Of a DNA stretch of 64,000 nt, positions 38,281 to 47,084 are shown one piece after another. The stretch lies in IMG/VR virus record IMGVR_UViG_3300009008_000024, positions 16,802 through 80,801 of that record; one strand, written 5' to 3'. Made by a program: the position numbers and the translations under genes. Numbering within the stretch: the first letter of the stretch is position 1; each line of letters begins with the position of its first letter. This DNA is from a virus. The notes beneath the pieces are model-generated. The model was not told where the DNA came from. It worked only from the letters and a program-made list of their open reading frames with translations, and ran no database searches.

Positions 38281-38497
38281 GAGGGCACAAAAAGAATTAC
38301 AAGCAAAATTAAATATGTTCGACCGTCTGCCCGATGAATGCAGCGCGTGTTGCGATCCATTCAATAAGGCAGATAGAGAGATGGTGACTACGTGGAATGT
38401 GGTTGTGCGCAACGAAGAGAAAGTAGTTAGACTTTATTGCCCATCTTGCTGGCAACACGCCATAAGCGTGTTGGAAGAATACGCTCAAAAGCAATGA
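38240..38497 (+). CDS. Zn-finger small protein
   Basis: CSAC ... CPSC. Confidence 0.6.
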   Translation: MVRKIRKKSTLDNKRAQKELQAKLNMFDRLPDECSACCDPFNKADREMVTTWNVVVRNEEKVVRLYCPSCWQHAISVLEEYAQKQ

Positions 38498-38796
38498 TAA
38501 TAGGATTTGAAGATAAAGATAGCACCTATGCTAATCTCTTAATTAAGTTAAAGCACGAAGGCATCACTAAACGAGAGTTTTTTCGGGGTGTCGTATCCTC
38601 TTTTCTAGAGGAGGATCCTTTGTTTATGGAATATATTCTATCATTCAAGAAGAGAAAAAATTTATATACGATGACTAGGCAGAAAATACTTGACAAAGAG
38701 AGAGAATTGCTGTACAATAAAGAAAAACAATTTGGACTATCAAAAGACGAGATAGAAGATTTGTTTGACATGTTTGATGAGGAGTTGGGTATATAA
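38494..38796 (+). CDS. Hypothetical protein
   Basis: ATGA-coupled to upstream gene. Confidence 0.55.
   Translation: MIIGFEDKDSTYANLLIKLKHEGITKREFFRGVVSSFLEEDPLFMEYILSFKKRKNLYTMTRQKILDKERELLYNKEKQFGLSKDEIEDLFDMFDEELGI
38690..38718 (+). promoter_or_regulatory. Intragenic sigma70-type promoter upstream of sigma-region-4 gene
   Basis: TTGACA-17-TACAAT. Confidence 0.6.
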
Positions 38797-38797
38797 C

Positions 38798-39061
38798 ATG
38801 AAAGAATGTGCTAATGAGTGTGTGGCAGCGAACAAGAATTGTAATAAAAAGGAGTGCCGCCTTTGGATGGATTGTGATGAAGATTTGAACTGTAGTTTGG
38901 TCTCTATAGAGAAGAATGGGGCGATGACCCTTCATCAGGTGGGAGATAAATTAAACCTAAGTTTTGTCCGCATTAAGCAGATACAAGATTTGGCACTTGA
39001 TAAAATTGATAAAGATAAGTTGCGAGATGAATTTTTTGTTCTCGATGATGGCTTTTTCTAG
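38798..39061 (+). CDS. Cys-rich stand-alone sigma70 region-4 HTH protein
   Basis: C-x3-C-x6-C-x4-C...NC then 'MTLHQVGDKLNLSFVRIKQIQDLALDKI' (cf. sigma70 r4.2 TLEEVG..F.VTRERIRQIE.KAL.KL). Confidence 0.7.
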   Translation: MKECANECVAANKNCNKKECRLWMDCDEDLNCSLVSIEKNGAMTLHQVGDKLNLSFVRIKQIQDLALDKIDKDKLRDEFFVLDDGFF

Positions 39062-39070
39062 TTTTTGAAA

Positions 39071-39079
39071 ACTATTTAT
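39071..39079 (+). promoter_or_regulatory. Putative late promoter motif (ACTATTTAT)
   Basis: Intergenic, before 39132 gene. Confidence 0.65.
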
Positions 39080-39131
39080 AATCGTAAAAGTGTAGCATAT
39101 CATATTTGCACACAAAAGGAGATCTTCTATC

Positions 39132-40229
39132 ATGACTAAAAAGAAAACATTGCTCAAGGAAGGGACTGTACGCCAATTTATGAAATTGGCGAACATAGAA
39201 CCTCTCACTCCCGGTTTCGTCGAGAAACTTTATGAAGGAGAGGAAGTCCAAGAAGAGGAAGTCCAAGAAGAGGAAGTCCAAGAAGAGGGCACCAAGAAAG
39301 ATGACGAACTCAATGATACGGAAGATGACGGTGCGCGCGGCGAGAAGAAGGGCGATGAAGCATATGTAAACGAGCAAGAAGAGGTAGAAGTCGAAGACGA
39401 AGTGGAACTTGGCGGCGAGGAAGTACTTGGCGGCGAGGAAGAGGAAGAGGTGGATGTTACTGCTCTTGTTCGGGCAATTGCTGATGCTGTAGAAGCGCAC
39501 ACTGGAGTCTCTGTCGATGTGGCAGATGAGGACGCGGGCGAAGAAGTAGAACTTGGCGCGGAAGAAGAAGTAGAACTTGGCGATGGCGAAGAAGTAGAAC
39601 TTGGCGCCGAAGAAGAGGTCGAAGAATTAGAGGAAAGCGAAGAGGTCCAAGAAGAGACCCAAGATTTGGAGGAGATAATCTCCACCATCGCTGAAAACGT
39701 CACAAAGCGTCTCGAAGAGATGGCAAAAAAAAAAATAAAAATGCATGAAGGTCCGTGGGACACTTGGTCCAACGCGATAGATATGGGATTGGGCGGCGGC
39801 GGCGGCAAAGAGTTTGAAAAACAAGATTATGCCGCTAAGGTTGCTCACGGAATGGCACAACGCGCCAAGAGACTCCCGTCTGAAGACCCGGCACTCTCGC
39901 GCAAGAAGCACGCAGCGCGCAAAAAGCGTGGAGAAAAATCAAAGCGCGCACGAACAGGATATGAAGATATCACCACTGCTATAAAGGCGCACCCTAATGC
40001 TCCCGAGGGATTCGGGGGTGGTCAAAAAGATGTAGATGAACTCGCATCCGCCCTGGGATTACGCGCTGGAAAAGATTTTAGAAATTATCCTCAAATGAAG
40101 AAAGCAGTATTGAAAGCGCTCGACGGAACGCCAAAGGCACCTGAAAAGAAACTCCCCGGCAATAAACGCCCAGGAGGACCGCGAAAGGTTATCCAACCAA
40201 GGCGCCTTACCATGAGAGACGTTTCATGA
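39132..40229 (+). CDS. Highly acidic scaffold/internal-head-like protein with basic C-terminal part
   Basis: Glu-rich repeats, many (L/V)-x-E sites, late motif upstream, SD AAGGAG; acidic and basic halves joined across an A11 tract. Confidence 0.55.
   Translation: MTKKKTLLKEGTVRQFMKLANIEPLTPGFVEKLYEGEEVQEEEVQEEEVQEEGTKKDDELNDTEDDGARGEKKGDEAYVNEQEEVEVEDEVELGGEEVLGGEEEEEVDVTALVRAIADAVEAHTGVSVDVADEDAGEEVELGAEEEVELGDGEEVELGAEEEVEELEESEEVQEETQDLEEIISTIAENVTKRLEEMAKKKIKMHEGPWDTWSNAIDMGLGGGGGKEFEKQDYAAKVAHGMAQRAKRLPSEDPALSRKKHAARKKRGEKSKRARTGYEDITTAIKAHPNAPEGFGGGQKDVDELASALGLRAGKDFRNYPQMKKAVLKALDGTPKAPEKKLPGNKRPGGPRKVIQPRRLTMRDVS
39240..39284 (+). repeat. 15-bp tandem repeat x3 (EEVQE)
   Basis: gaggaagtccaagaa x3; further gaagaagtagaacttggcg repeats at about 39540-39606. 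Confidence 0.95.
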
Positions 40230-40259
40230 TGATCGATATAGTTGATAAACAGTAAAATA

Positions 40260-40284
40260 AAAAACCACCTTCGGGTGGTTTTTT
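40260..40284 (+). terminator. Intrinsic terminator
   Basis: AAAAACCACC-TTCG-GGTGGTTTTTT. Confidence 0.9.
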
Positions 40285-40286
40285 GC

Positions 40287-40315
40287 TTGACAAACGATCA
40301 AAATGTGTATATAAT
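40287..40315 (+). promoter_or_regulatory. sigma70-type promoter upstream of groEL operon; a late motif ACTAATTAT follows at 40339
   Basis: TTGACA-17-TATAAT. Confidence 0.85.
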
Positions 40316-40591
40316 ATACGTGAGATCATTTTAGGAAAACTAATTATTGAGGGTGAATAAATTATTATGGAATATATGCGGCAATGTTTTTCTTTTTTCG
40401 CGCAATTGTTTACGAGGTGTACTACGGGATTCTCCTGCTCCCACTCCTATGTGCGCATAAGTACTACTGGAAGAAGGTATTACACTTCAAGGACAAGAGG
40501 AAAATAAGGAGATTAGCATATTATTTCTTAAAATCTCAAAAATATGAAAGGAAGATAGAGATGAATAAAATCGATAAATATCGGAGGATCA

Positions 40592-42187
40592 ATGGCGACT
40601 AAGCACTATCTCAGCACAAAAGATGGTTTAAACCAGAAAATTTTAGAGGGGGTTAATAAGTTAGCAGACAATGTTGCTGCTACGATGGGACCGAAAGGGA
40701 GAAATGTTATACTTCATGCGCCCGGACACAACCCCATGATTACCAAGGATGGAGTAACTGTTGCCAAATTTGTGGATTTTGAAGATCCCTTTGAAAACGT
40801 TGGCGCCCAAATAATTAAACAAGCAAGCGAGGAGACCAACAGCAATGCTGGGGATGGAACTACGACCGCGACAGTTCTTGCCCGGGCAATTTTAGTAGAG
40901 GCACAGAAGCATTTGGTAGCAGGTCTTTCGCCCGTTGAACTCAAGAGGGGCATTGATAAGGCAACTGAAATTATGGTCGAGAACCTGAGAAGCGATGCGC
41001 GCAAGGTAACAAGACTGGAAGACATAGAAGACATTGCCACAATTTCTGCCAATGGCGATAGGACAATAGGGAAACTTCTTTCTACTGCGATTGACATGAT
41101 AGGTAACGACGGCAGCATAACCATCGAAGAGGCAAGATCCCTAGACACTTCTCTGGATGTCATGGAAGGATTCAGGTTTGATAGTGGGTATACTGCAACT
41201 GCCTTCGTCAATGATGAGAGGAGGGGTCTGATGCGATATGATAACCCCCTCTATTTGGTGACAGATGAGAAGATTGAGTTTGTTGAAGATATCCTTCCCG
41301 TTCTAGAACTGGCGGCGCGAGACGGTAGACCACTCATAGTGGTGTGCGAAGAGGTGGAGGGTCAGGCGCTAGCTGCCATGATCATGAATGCAGTCCGCGG
41401 CACCATGAAGGTTGCAGCGATAAAGGCGCCCAACTATGGCGAAGAGCGCAGGAATATTTTAGAGGATCTTTGCGTGAGTGTGGGTGCAACTTTTGTTTCC
41501 CGCAGTTCAGGCATGCAGTTGAAAGATGTGAAGTTGCAGCACCTAGGAAGTTCCAAGACAATTGAATGCGAGAAGTTTTCTACCACCATAGTAGGTGGGA
41601 AGGGGGAAGAGGATAAGGTGCAAGAGAAGATCGATGCGCTTAAGAGTCTTTTCGAGAAAACAAGTGGCATGCATGAGTGCGAAAGGATACAAGAGAGAAT
41701 AACGAGATTGGCGAGCGGAATTGCTGTCATTAGTGTTGGTGGCGCCACAGAAATAGAGATGACTGAGAAAAAGCACCGTGTCGAAGACGCACTTGAGGCG
41801 GTAAAGTCGGCACAAAAAGAGGGTATCGTGGTAGGCGGCGGAATGGCACTCCTAAGCGTTGCTTCTCGATTGAACCTGGCAGATTTTTGTGAGGAAGGCA
41901 CAGAAGAATCATGCGGCGCTAGCATTGTCTTGAGAGCGGTTGCGGCACCTCTGCGCCAAATGGTAGAAAACGCAGGGGGCAAGCCAGATGTTATATTGAA
42001 CGCAGCAAGAGAGTTAGATGCTGGTCGCGGATTTGATTTGCGTAAGGATTTTGGAGAATGCGAGGCAGTGGATATGTTCGAAGAGGGGATCATAGATCCA
42101 CTAAAGGTGGTAAGATCTGCACTTCAGAACGCTGCATCGGCAGCAGGAACTCTTTTGACTAGCAGTCATGCGATTATATCCAAATAG
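40592..42187 (+). CDS. groEL: Chaperonin GroEL (Cpn60)
   Basis: 'TMGPKGRNV', 'ITKDGVTVAK', 'AGDGTTTATVLA', 'ATISANGD', 'EG.RFD.GY', 'GIV.GGG', 'GIIDP.KV.RSALQNAAS'; no GGM tail. Confidence 0.96.
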   Translation: MATKHYLSTKDGLNQKILEGVNKLADNVAATMGPKGRNVILHAPGHNPMITKDGVTVAKFVDFEDPFENVGAQIIKQASEETNSNAGDGTTTATVLARAILVEAQKHLVAGLSPVELKRGIDKATEIMVENLRSDARKVTRLEDIEDIATISANGDRTIGKLLSTAIDMIGNDGSITIEEARSLDTSLDVMEGFRFDSGYTATAFVNDERRGLMRYDNPLYLVTDEKIEFVEDILPVLELAARDGRPLIVVCEEVEGQALAAMIMNAVRGTMKVAAIKAPNYGEERRNILEDLCVSVGATFVSRSSGMQLKDVKLQHLGSSKTIECEKFSTTIVGGKGEEDKVQEKIDALKSLFEKTSGMHECERIQERITRLASGIAVISVGGATEIEMTEKKHRVEDALEAVKSAQKEGIVVGGGMALLSVASRLNLADFCEEGTEESCGASIVLRAVAAPLRQMVENAGGKPDVILNAARELDAGRGFDLRKDFGECEAVDMFEEGIIDPLKVVRSALQNAASAAGTLLTSSHAIISK

Positions 42188-42204
42188 GGAACTACTTATA
42201 AATA

Positions 42205-42501
42205 TTGCACGGGGGAATCGTTGTGGCGTCAACAAAAGAAACAAAAGAAGTTTGTTTAACAATGCTGGATGGGAAATTGGATATGCTGGACATGAAAATA
42301 GATGAGTTAAAAGAAAAGCAAGAAGACATGGCCGAGGACATATCAAAGGTGAAAGAGGCAGTTTACCACCCGGATGAAGGATTGTACGCTAGGTTACGAG
42401 AATTAGAATCATGGCAGAAAACTTCTACTCGGTTCATATGGATGCTAGTGTCTTCTACCCTCGGAATATTCGCCTATATTGTTACTAAAATTTTATCTTA
42501 A
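42205..42501 (+). CDS. Coiled-coil protein with C-terminal TM helix (holin/XhlA-like, tentative)
   Basis: Late motif ACTACTTAT at 42191; heptads then 'FIWMLVSSTLGIFAYIV'; exact start uncertain. Confidence 0.45.
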   Translation: MHGGIVVASTKETKEVCLTMLDGKLDMLDMKIDELKEKQEDMAEDISKVKEAVYHPDEGLYARLRELESWQKTSTRFIWMLVSSTLGIFAYIVTKILS

Positions 42502-42509
42502 TTTTTTAC

Positions 42510-42538
42510 TTGACAAGCGGCGCAAGATGCGATATAAT
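42510..42538 (+). promoter_or_regulatory. sigma70-type promoter
   Basis: TTGACA-17-TATAAT. Confidence 0.85.
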
Positions 42539-42551
42539 ATATTATTAGAAA

Positions 42552-42887
42552 ATGGAAGGAGATCTTTTAATGGTAAAAGAGGTTAAAATATCTCTAAGGG
42601 GAGCACTAGAAGATCTCCCGGAAGAGATGGCAGAGTTGCTAGAGATAGCATCTGCCAAGATGAGGGGCGGCACCTCTGTCCTGGATCGAGCAGTGAAAAG
42701 ATTGGCGGATAGCGGAAGCATCAAGCATGCTCTGGTAGACTTGGAAGAGGTAAGGTTGCTTCTTTATAAGTTAGATAATAGAATAGGAGATTGTATGAGT
42801 ATCCTAGAGGGATATGCCCAGCACCATTCGGGCGCTGAATTATTGCCCGAACCAGATCTCCCGCCGGAGATGAAAGAGGATGAGTAG
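42552..42887 (+). CDS. Hypothetical helical protein
   Basis: ORF downstream of promoter; likely start ATG 42570 after AAGGAG. Confidence 0.55.
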   Translation: MEGDLLMVKEVKISLRGALEDLPEEMAELLEIASAKMRGGTSVLDRAVKRLADSGSIKHALVDLEEVRLLLYKLDNRIGDCMSILEGYAQHHSGAELLPEPDLPPEMKEDE

Positions 42888-43166
42888 TGTCCCCTATGAG
42901 AGAGGAGATCTGGTATACTTGCGCCAAGGATGCCTCCTGTTTGATTGGGTGGATTTTAGAGCGGCGCACAGATGCTCGCCAGATGATTACGGCATGGCGA
43001 TGGCAACACTTGGTTACGCTAGAGTGAGCAAACCATCGGTGGGCATGATTCTCCAAAGGAGCGATCATATGGAGGATAAATATGTGGTTTTCTGGAAGGG
43101 CAAATTACATATTGTGCATGCGCGCGAGTGTCGTGGACTAAATAATAAAAAAAGAAAGGGCAAAAA

Positions 43167-43463
43167 ATGCTTATAAAACTTATAGAAGTAACAAAAAGGG
43201 CGAGCGTGGGAAGTAGTCGCGGATATGACATGGGAGAAGTTTTTGTAAACCCGGAAAATATTGTAAACATCCGGGAAGACACTAGTCTCAATTCCCTCTT
43301 TCAGGAGGGAAAATTACCGTGGAAAGAACTCAATGAATACACTACATTTTCTACAATCACATTAAATAGCGGAGGATTCTCTTCTACTGTTACTGTAGCG
43401 GGTTCCCCCTCTCAAATACAAGAAAAGTGTTATGCTACGAAAAAGCAACTATTGAGGGGGTGA
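43167..43463 (+). CDS. Hypothetical protein (FlbD/SwrD-like 'VFVNPENIV.I' pattern)
   Basis: 'MLIKL.......GEVFVNPENIVNI...V.V.GS...I.EK'. Confidence 0.4.
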   Translation: MLIKLIEVTKRASVGSSRGYDMGEVFVNPENIVNIREDTSLNSLFQEGKLPWKELNEYTTFSTITLNSGGFSSTVTVAGSPSQIQEKCYATKKQLLRG

Positions 43464-43466
43464 AAG

Positions 43467-43727
43467 GTGGTAGAATATATTCATGTCTATTGCAAGGTGG
43501 AATGTCCCTTTTGCAAGGATGCGATCACTCTCTTGGAGGAAGAGAAGAGGGATTTTGTGGTGACTGTCATTGATCACTGCAAACCATTTGAGGACGGAAT
43601 TAAAAGGGAATTGAATTTTAAGACAGTCCCTATAGTTCTCAAGCATCGCGCCGACGGAAAAGTAGAGATGATCGGTGGGTACACCGAGTTGCGATCTTAT
43701 ATTCAAAAAGAGAAAGGAGCAAAATGA
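43467..43727 (+). CDS. Glutaredoxin
   Basis: 'CPFC', 'KTVPIV', 'IGGYTEL'. Confidence 0.9.
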   Translation: MVEYIHVYCKVECPFCKDAITLLEEEKRDFVVTVIDHCKPFEDGIKRELNFKTVPIVLKHRADGKVEMIGGYTELRSYIQKEKGAK

Positions 43728-44122
43728 TTATTTGTAGTTTGAGGGATATTTCCTGCACACCGGAGGAATTCCGCAAGGGCAGGTACCATGGTTCGAATTT
43801 TTGGGATCTGAAAGGTTTCGCGAAGAGTTGCTGGGTGGTAGCCGCCTATATCGACTATGATAGTACCGATCAGTTATGTCAGGCGCCTCCCTGGAAGACA
43901 GAGGAAGATATCATGAATGAGTGCGTCGAGTATCTCAATAGACCCCCCAAGAGGAAGAAGTATGAGAAGAAAGAGCAGAATTCTCCTTACGGAAATTTGT
44001 CCATCTATCAATACACCTTCAAGAAGGGGGAGACCGGAAAATCATATATAGAAGCGCTTCTGGTTACCGACCAGAGGGAGAATGTGCATTTTTGGGGAAA
44101 AGGCAAAAGCGATAAGTTGTAG
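43724..44122 (+). CDS. Hypothetical protein
   Basis: ATGA-coupled, SD AAGGAG. Confidence 0.55.
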   Translation: MIICSLRDISCTPEEFRKGRYHGSNFWDLKGFAKSCWVVAAYIDYDSTDQLCQAPPWKTEEDIMNECVEYLNRPPKRKKYEKKEQNSPYGNLSIYQYTFKKGETGKSYIEALLVTDQRENVHFWGKGKSDKL

Positions 44123-44139
44123 AGGAAACTAGTTATTTT

Positions 44140-44487
44140 ATGGTCATGAAAAGAATAATGGAGAATTTTAAGTATTTTGTGCGAGAGAGCACAGAGATGC
44201 CCGACTTTAAATTTGAAGCAATTCTTAAAAATGCTAGCACGAAGGAACGAGGAAAGCAAGATATTTTGAATGATATCCGCGCTCTCAAGGGGATAACGGT
44301 GGTATATATCGTGTCGGCAGAAAAGCCGCGAGCAGGAGAGGATATGTCTCTCTTGTCCCTCAAGGTAGATAGGTATGTGCTGGGGCATGCCTCGGTTAGT
44401 AGTATAATTAGCGAATTAGTAAAGAACATCAAGAGGATGGATGGTGTCCTTTCTTTTGCTGTCAAGGGTATTCCGGAACAAATATGA
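44140..44487 (+). CDS. Putative capsid-cargo protein with MKRIMENFKYFVRE leader
   Basis: Late motif ACTAGTTAT at 44128; leader similar to that of 17961. Confidence 0.5.
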   Translation: MVMKRIMENFKYFVRESTEMPDFKFEAILKNASTKERGKQDILNDIRALKGITVVYIVSAEKPRAGEDMSLLSLKVDRYVLGHASVSSIISELVKNIKRMDGVLSFAVKGIPEQI

Positions 44488-45040
44488 GATGGACGACAGT
44501 ATTCTTTATGTGAAGAGTGTGTGTATGGTTTGCAGGAATCGTACATATGCGTGCGATTATTGCAATGGCGAGGGAAGAACTTTTATAGAGGCATCAGATA
44601 AGACAATAGCAGATTGGATAAAGAGAGTGGAAGTGAGCAGAAGAAACAATATAATAGAGAGTGCTATGGAAGGGGACCAGAATGAGACTGGATAAGAAGG
44701 AAAAGAGTGTGATAAAGAAAGAAATTAAGGAAGAGGCATACGGCAGATATAGCGAAATGATGGACTCTATGCTGAAGAAGTCCTACTACCAAGGATTTAA
44801 GTCAACGCTGAGTACATTCCTTTCTTTGAGTATGTGTGCTGAGGCGACAAAAAATAACCTAATCAAGATGGGTGGCGACAAGGACTTGATCGATTCCGCG
44901 CGCGCCACCATTATCGAAGAGATTTGGAATCTCATGGATTTATACGAAAAGGGCATATTTCAACAACTAGTTCAGAAGCATGAGCAGGAAAAAGAACTAG
45001 AAAAAGAAGAGACTGGTAAAGGGTAGAATCTGGGATACAT

Positions 45041-46987
45041 ATGGCGAGACACACCTATTTAGCACTTTTATTTTTATTTTTGTTGCATGGGTGTTCGTGC
45101 GATGAGAATCTAACATATGTGTGTCCGCCTCCCCAACCTTGCGTAAATCTTTCTGATGGCGGAATAGAAGTGTTGGACGAGAGTTTCATCTCTCGCACGA
45201 AGGGTGAATGCCGATTAGGATACACTGACTGCGATGAGGAAAACAAAGACATCTGCATTGGTCAAATAAACCCAACAGAAGAGACATGTGACGGTTTGGA
45301 TAATGATTGCGACGGCATAGCAGATAATGGGTTGTTTATAGATGAAGACAATGATTCATTCAACGATCCAGATTCTTGCTTGGGACCAAAAACAGATTGC
45401 GATGATGACGACCCAGCAGCATTTCCAGGCAATGAAGAAGTGTGTGACGGCGTGGATAATGATTGTGATGGCGAAATAGACAACATAGGACCATTCGAAT
45501 GTTGGACTGGTGGAGAGAGCGCAGTATTTAATGAGAATTCTCCATGTAGGACAGGTGTTGTAGAGTGTGTTGATGGTGCATGGTCAGGGTGTTTGGGGCA
45601 AGTTTTCCCAGTGCCAGAACAGTGTGATTTAATAGACAATGATTGCAATGGAGAAGTTGATGATTCTCCATGGGGAGAGGGAGAACCATGTGGACCGCAA
45701 AGCACCATAGGGCAGTGCTCATATGGTTATGGGGTGTGCGTCTCGGGCGAGATGTATTGTATCGATGCCGTCTATCCGCAGAATGAAGCATGTGATGCTG
45801 TTGATAATGATTGCAATGGGTTTGTTGATGAAAATTTAGAAAGACTTTGCGAAACTGAATGTGGGTATGGCGTAGAAGAGTGCTCTGGTGGCATTTGGGA
45901 TAATTGTAGTGCTCCTGCGCCGCAGGATGAGATATGCGACATGATCGACAACGACTGCGACGGAGAGGTGGATGAGGGATGTTTGTGCATTGTAGGCGAT
46001 TCTAGGACGTGCCAGGAGGAGAATATGTATGATCCTGTAAGCGGAGAGCATAGGAATTGTGGTATCGGGGTAGAATATTGTGATATTTTTGGAATGTGGG
46101 GAGACTGCTACTGGACAGGCATTCAGGCCGAAGTTTGTAATAACTGGGACGATGACTGTGACGACATAATAGATATGATGCAGTCATCTTGTGGAAATCA
46201 GGATAGTTCTACGGTGGGAGTTGGCGAATGTAAACTTGGCACCACCACATGCATAGAGGGTGAGTGGGGAATATGCGAAGGTGAAATATCTCCCATGGAA
46301 GAAGTGTGTGATCAACTGGACAATGACTGCGATGGAGAGATTGATGAAGATCTGAACTCTCATGAGAAAGTTGATATGGTATTTGCTATTGATATATCTG
46401 GTTCCATGTGCAATTATGTAGACGCACTGGCGCAGGGAATAATGGCATATATTGCCGACTTCGAAGATACGGAACATAGGTTTGGGTTGGTTGTGTTCCC
46501 CCCTCCCAACTATTCACCAGTAGGGGAATATCAACCCAGGTATCAAGTAATGACAATTCCTCCTCTTGTTGACGTGACATCTTTCTTATTTGAATTGGCA
46601 AATCTAGATTGTAATGGCGGAGGATCAGAACCAAGTTATGATACGATGTATGATCTGGTGCGCCCCGACGACCCAGCTGGCATAGGGTGGAGAGACGATG
46701 CCTATCCCTACATAATAATGATTACAGACGAACCGGCACAGTCTTGGGACAACCTAGGAGAATCCAATATTGCTCCCCACACCAATAATTGTGCAATAGG
46801 CGAATGTGTTGCCGGCGATAAGATAGAAGTGTTTGTTATTTCAAAACCAGGATATCTGTGGAGTTGGGACGATGTTATTTATGGAGACTTCGACAGATAT
46901 TTTGCTATAGATCCAGCAGAAGGAAGTAGGTATACTATAATGCTGCAAGAAATTTTTACAAACGTGTGTTTGCCAGAAGGAGAGTAG
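45041..46987 (+). CDS. Cys/Asp-rich repeat lipoprotein (E-x-CDGxDNDCDG repeats) with C-terminal vWA domain
   Basis: Signal + lipobox-like LHGC; 7 'E.C(D/N)..D(N/D)DC(D/N)' repeats; vWA MIDAS 'FAIDISGSM', 'GGGSEP', 'ITDE'. Confidence 0.8.
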   Translation: MARHTYLALLFLFLLHGCSCDENLTYVCPPPQPCVNLSDGGIEVLDESFISRTKGECRLGYTDCDEENKDICIGQINPTEETCDGLDNDCDGIADNGLFIDEDNDSFNDPDSCLGPKTDCDDDDPAAFPGNEEVCDGVDNDCDGEIDNIGPFECWTGGESAVFNENSPCRTGVVECVDGAWSGCLGQVFPVPEQCDLIDNDCNGEVDDSPWGEGEPCGPQSTIGQCSYGYGVCVSGEMYCIDAVYPQNEACDAVDNDCNGFVDENLERLCETECGYGVEECSGGIWDNCSAPAPQDEICDMIDNDCDGEVDEGCLCIVGDSRTCQEENMYDPVSGEHRNCGIGVEYCDIFGMWGDCYWTGIQAEVCNNWDDDCDDIIDMMQSSCGNQDSSTVGVGECKLGTTTCIEGEWGICEGEISPMEEVCDQLDNDCDGEIDEDLNSHEKVDMVFAIDISGSMCNYVDALAQGIMAYIADFEDTEHRFGLVVFPPPNYSPVGEYQPRYQVMTIPPLVDVTSFLFELANLDCNGGGSEPSYDTMYDLVRPDDPAGIGWRDDAYPYIIMITDEPAQSWDNLGESNIAPHTNNCAIGECVAGDKIEVFVISKPGYLWSWDDVIYGDFDRYFAIDPAEGSRYTIMLQEIFTNVCLPEGE

Positions 46988-47054
46988 AACTGCCAACTAG
47001 TTATTGGTATGATGTCTATTCGCGAATTCAATAAAGATGTAGTTGAAAAAAAGC

Positions 47055-47084
47055 TTGACATTGCCCATGGTGATCTGGTATACT
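47055..47084 (+). promoter_or_regulatory. sigma70-type promoter (intragenic)
   Basis: TTGACA-18-TATACT with TG extension and upstream A-tract. Confidence 0.5.

Noticed and set aside
39240-39620. Short repeats with variable spacing that could suggest a CRISPR array
   Set aside because: In-frame coding repeats (EEVQE, EEVELG) without unique 30-40 nt spacers; no cas genes seen.
45270-46350. Recurrent gataatgattg(c/t)ga-like DNA repeats
   Set aside because: Explained by the protein-level CDGxDNDCDG repeats.
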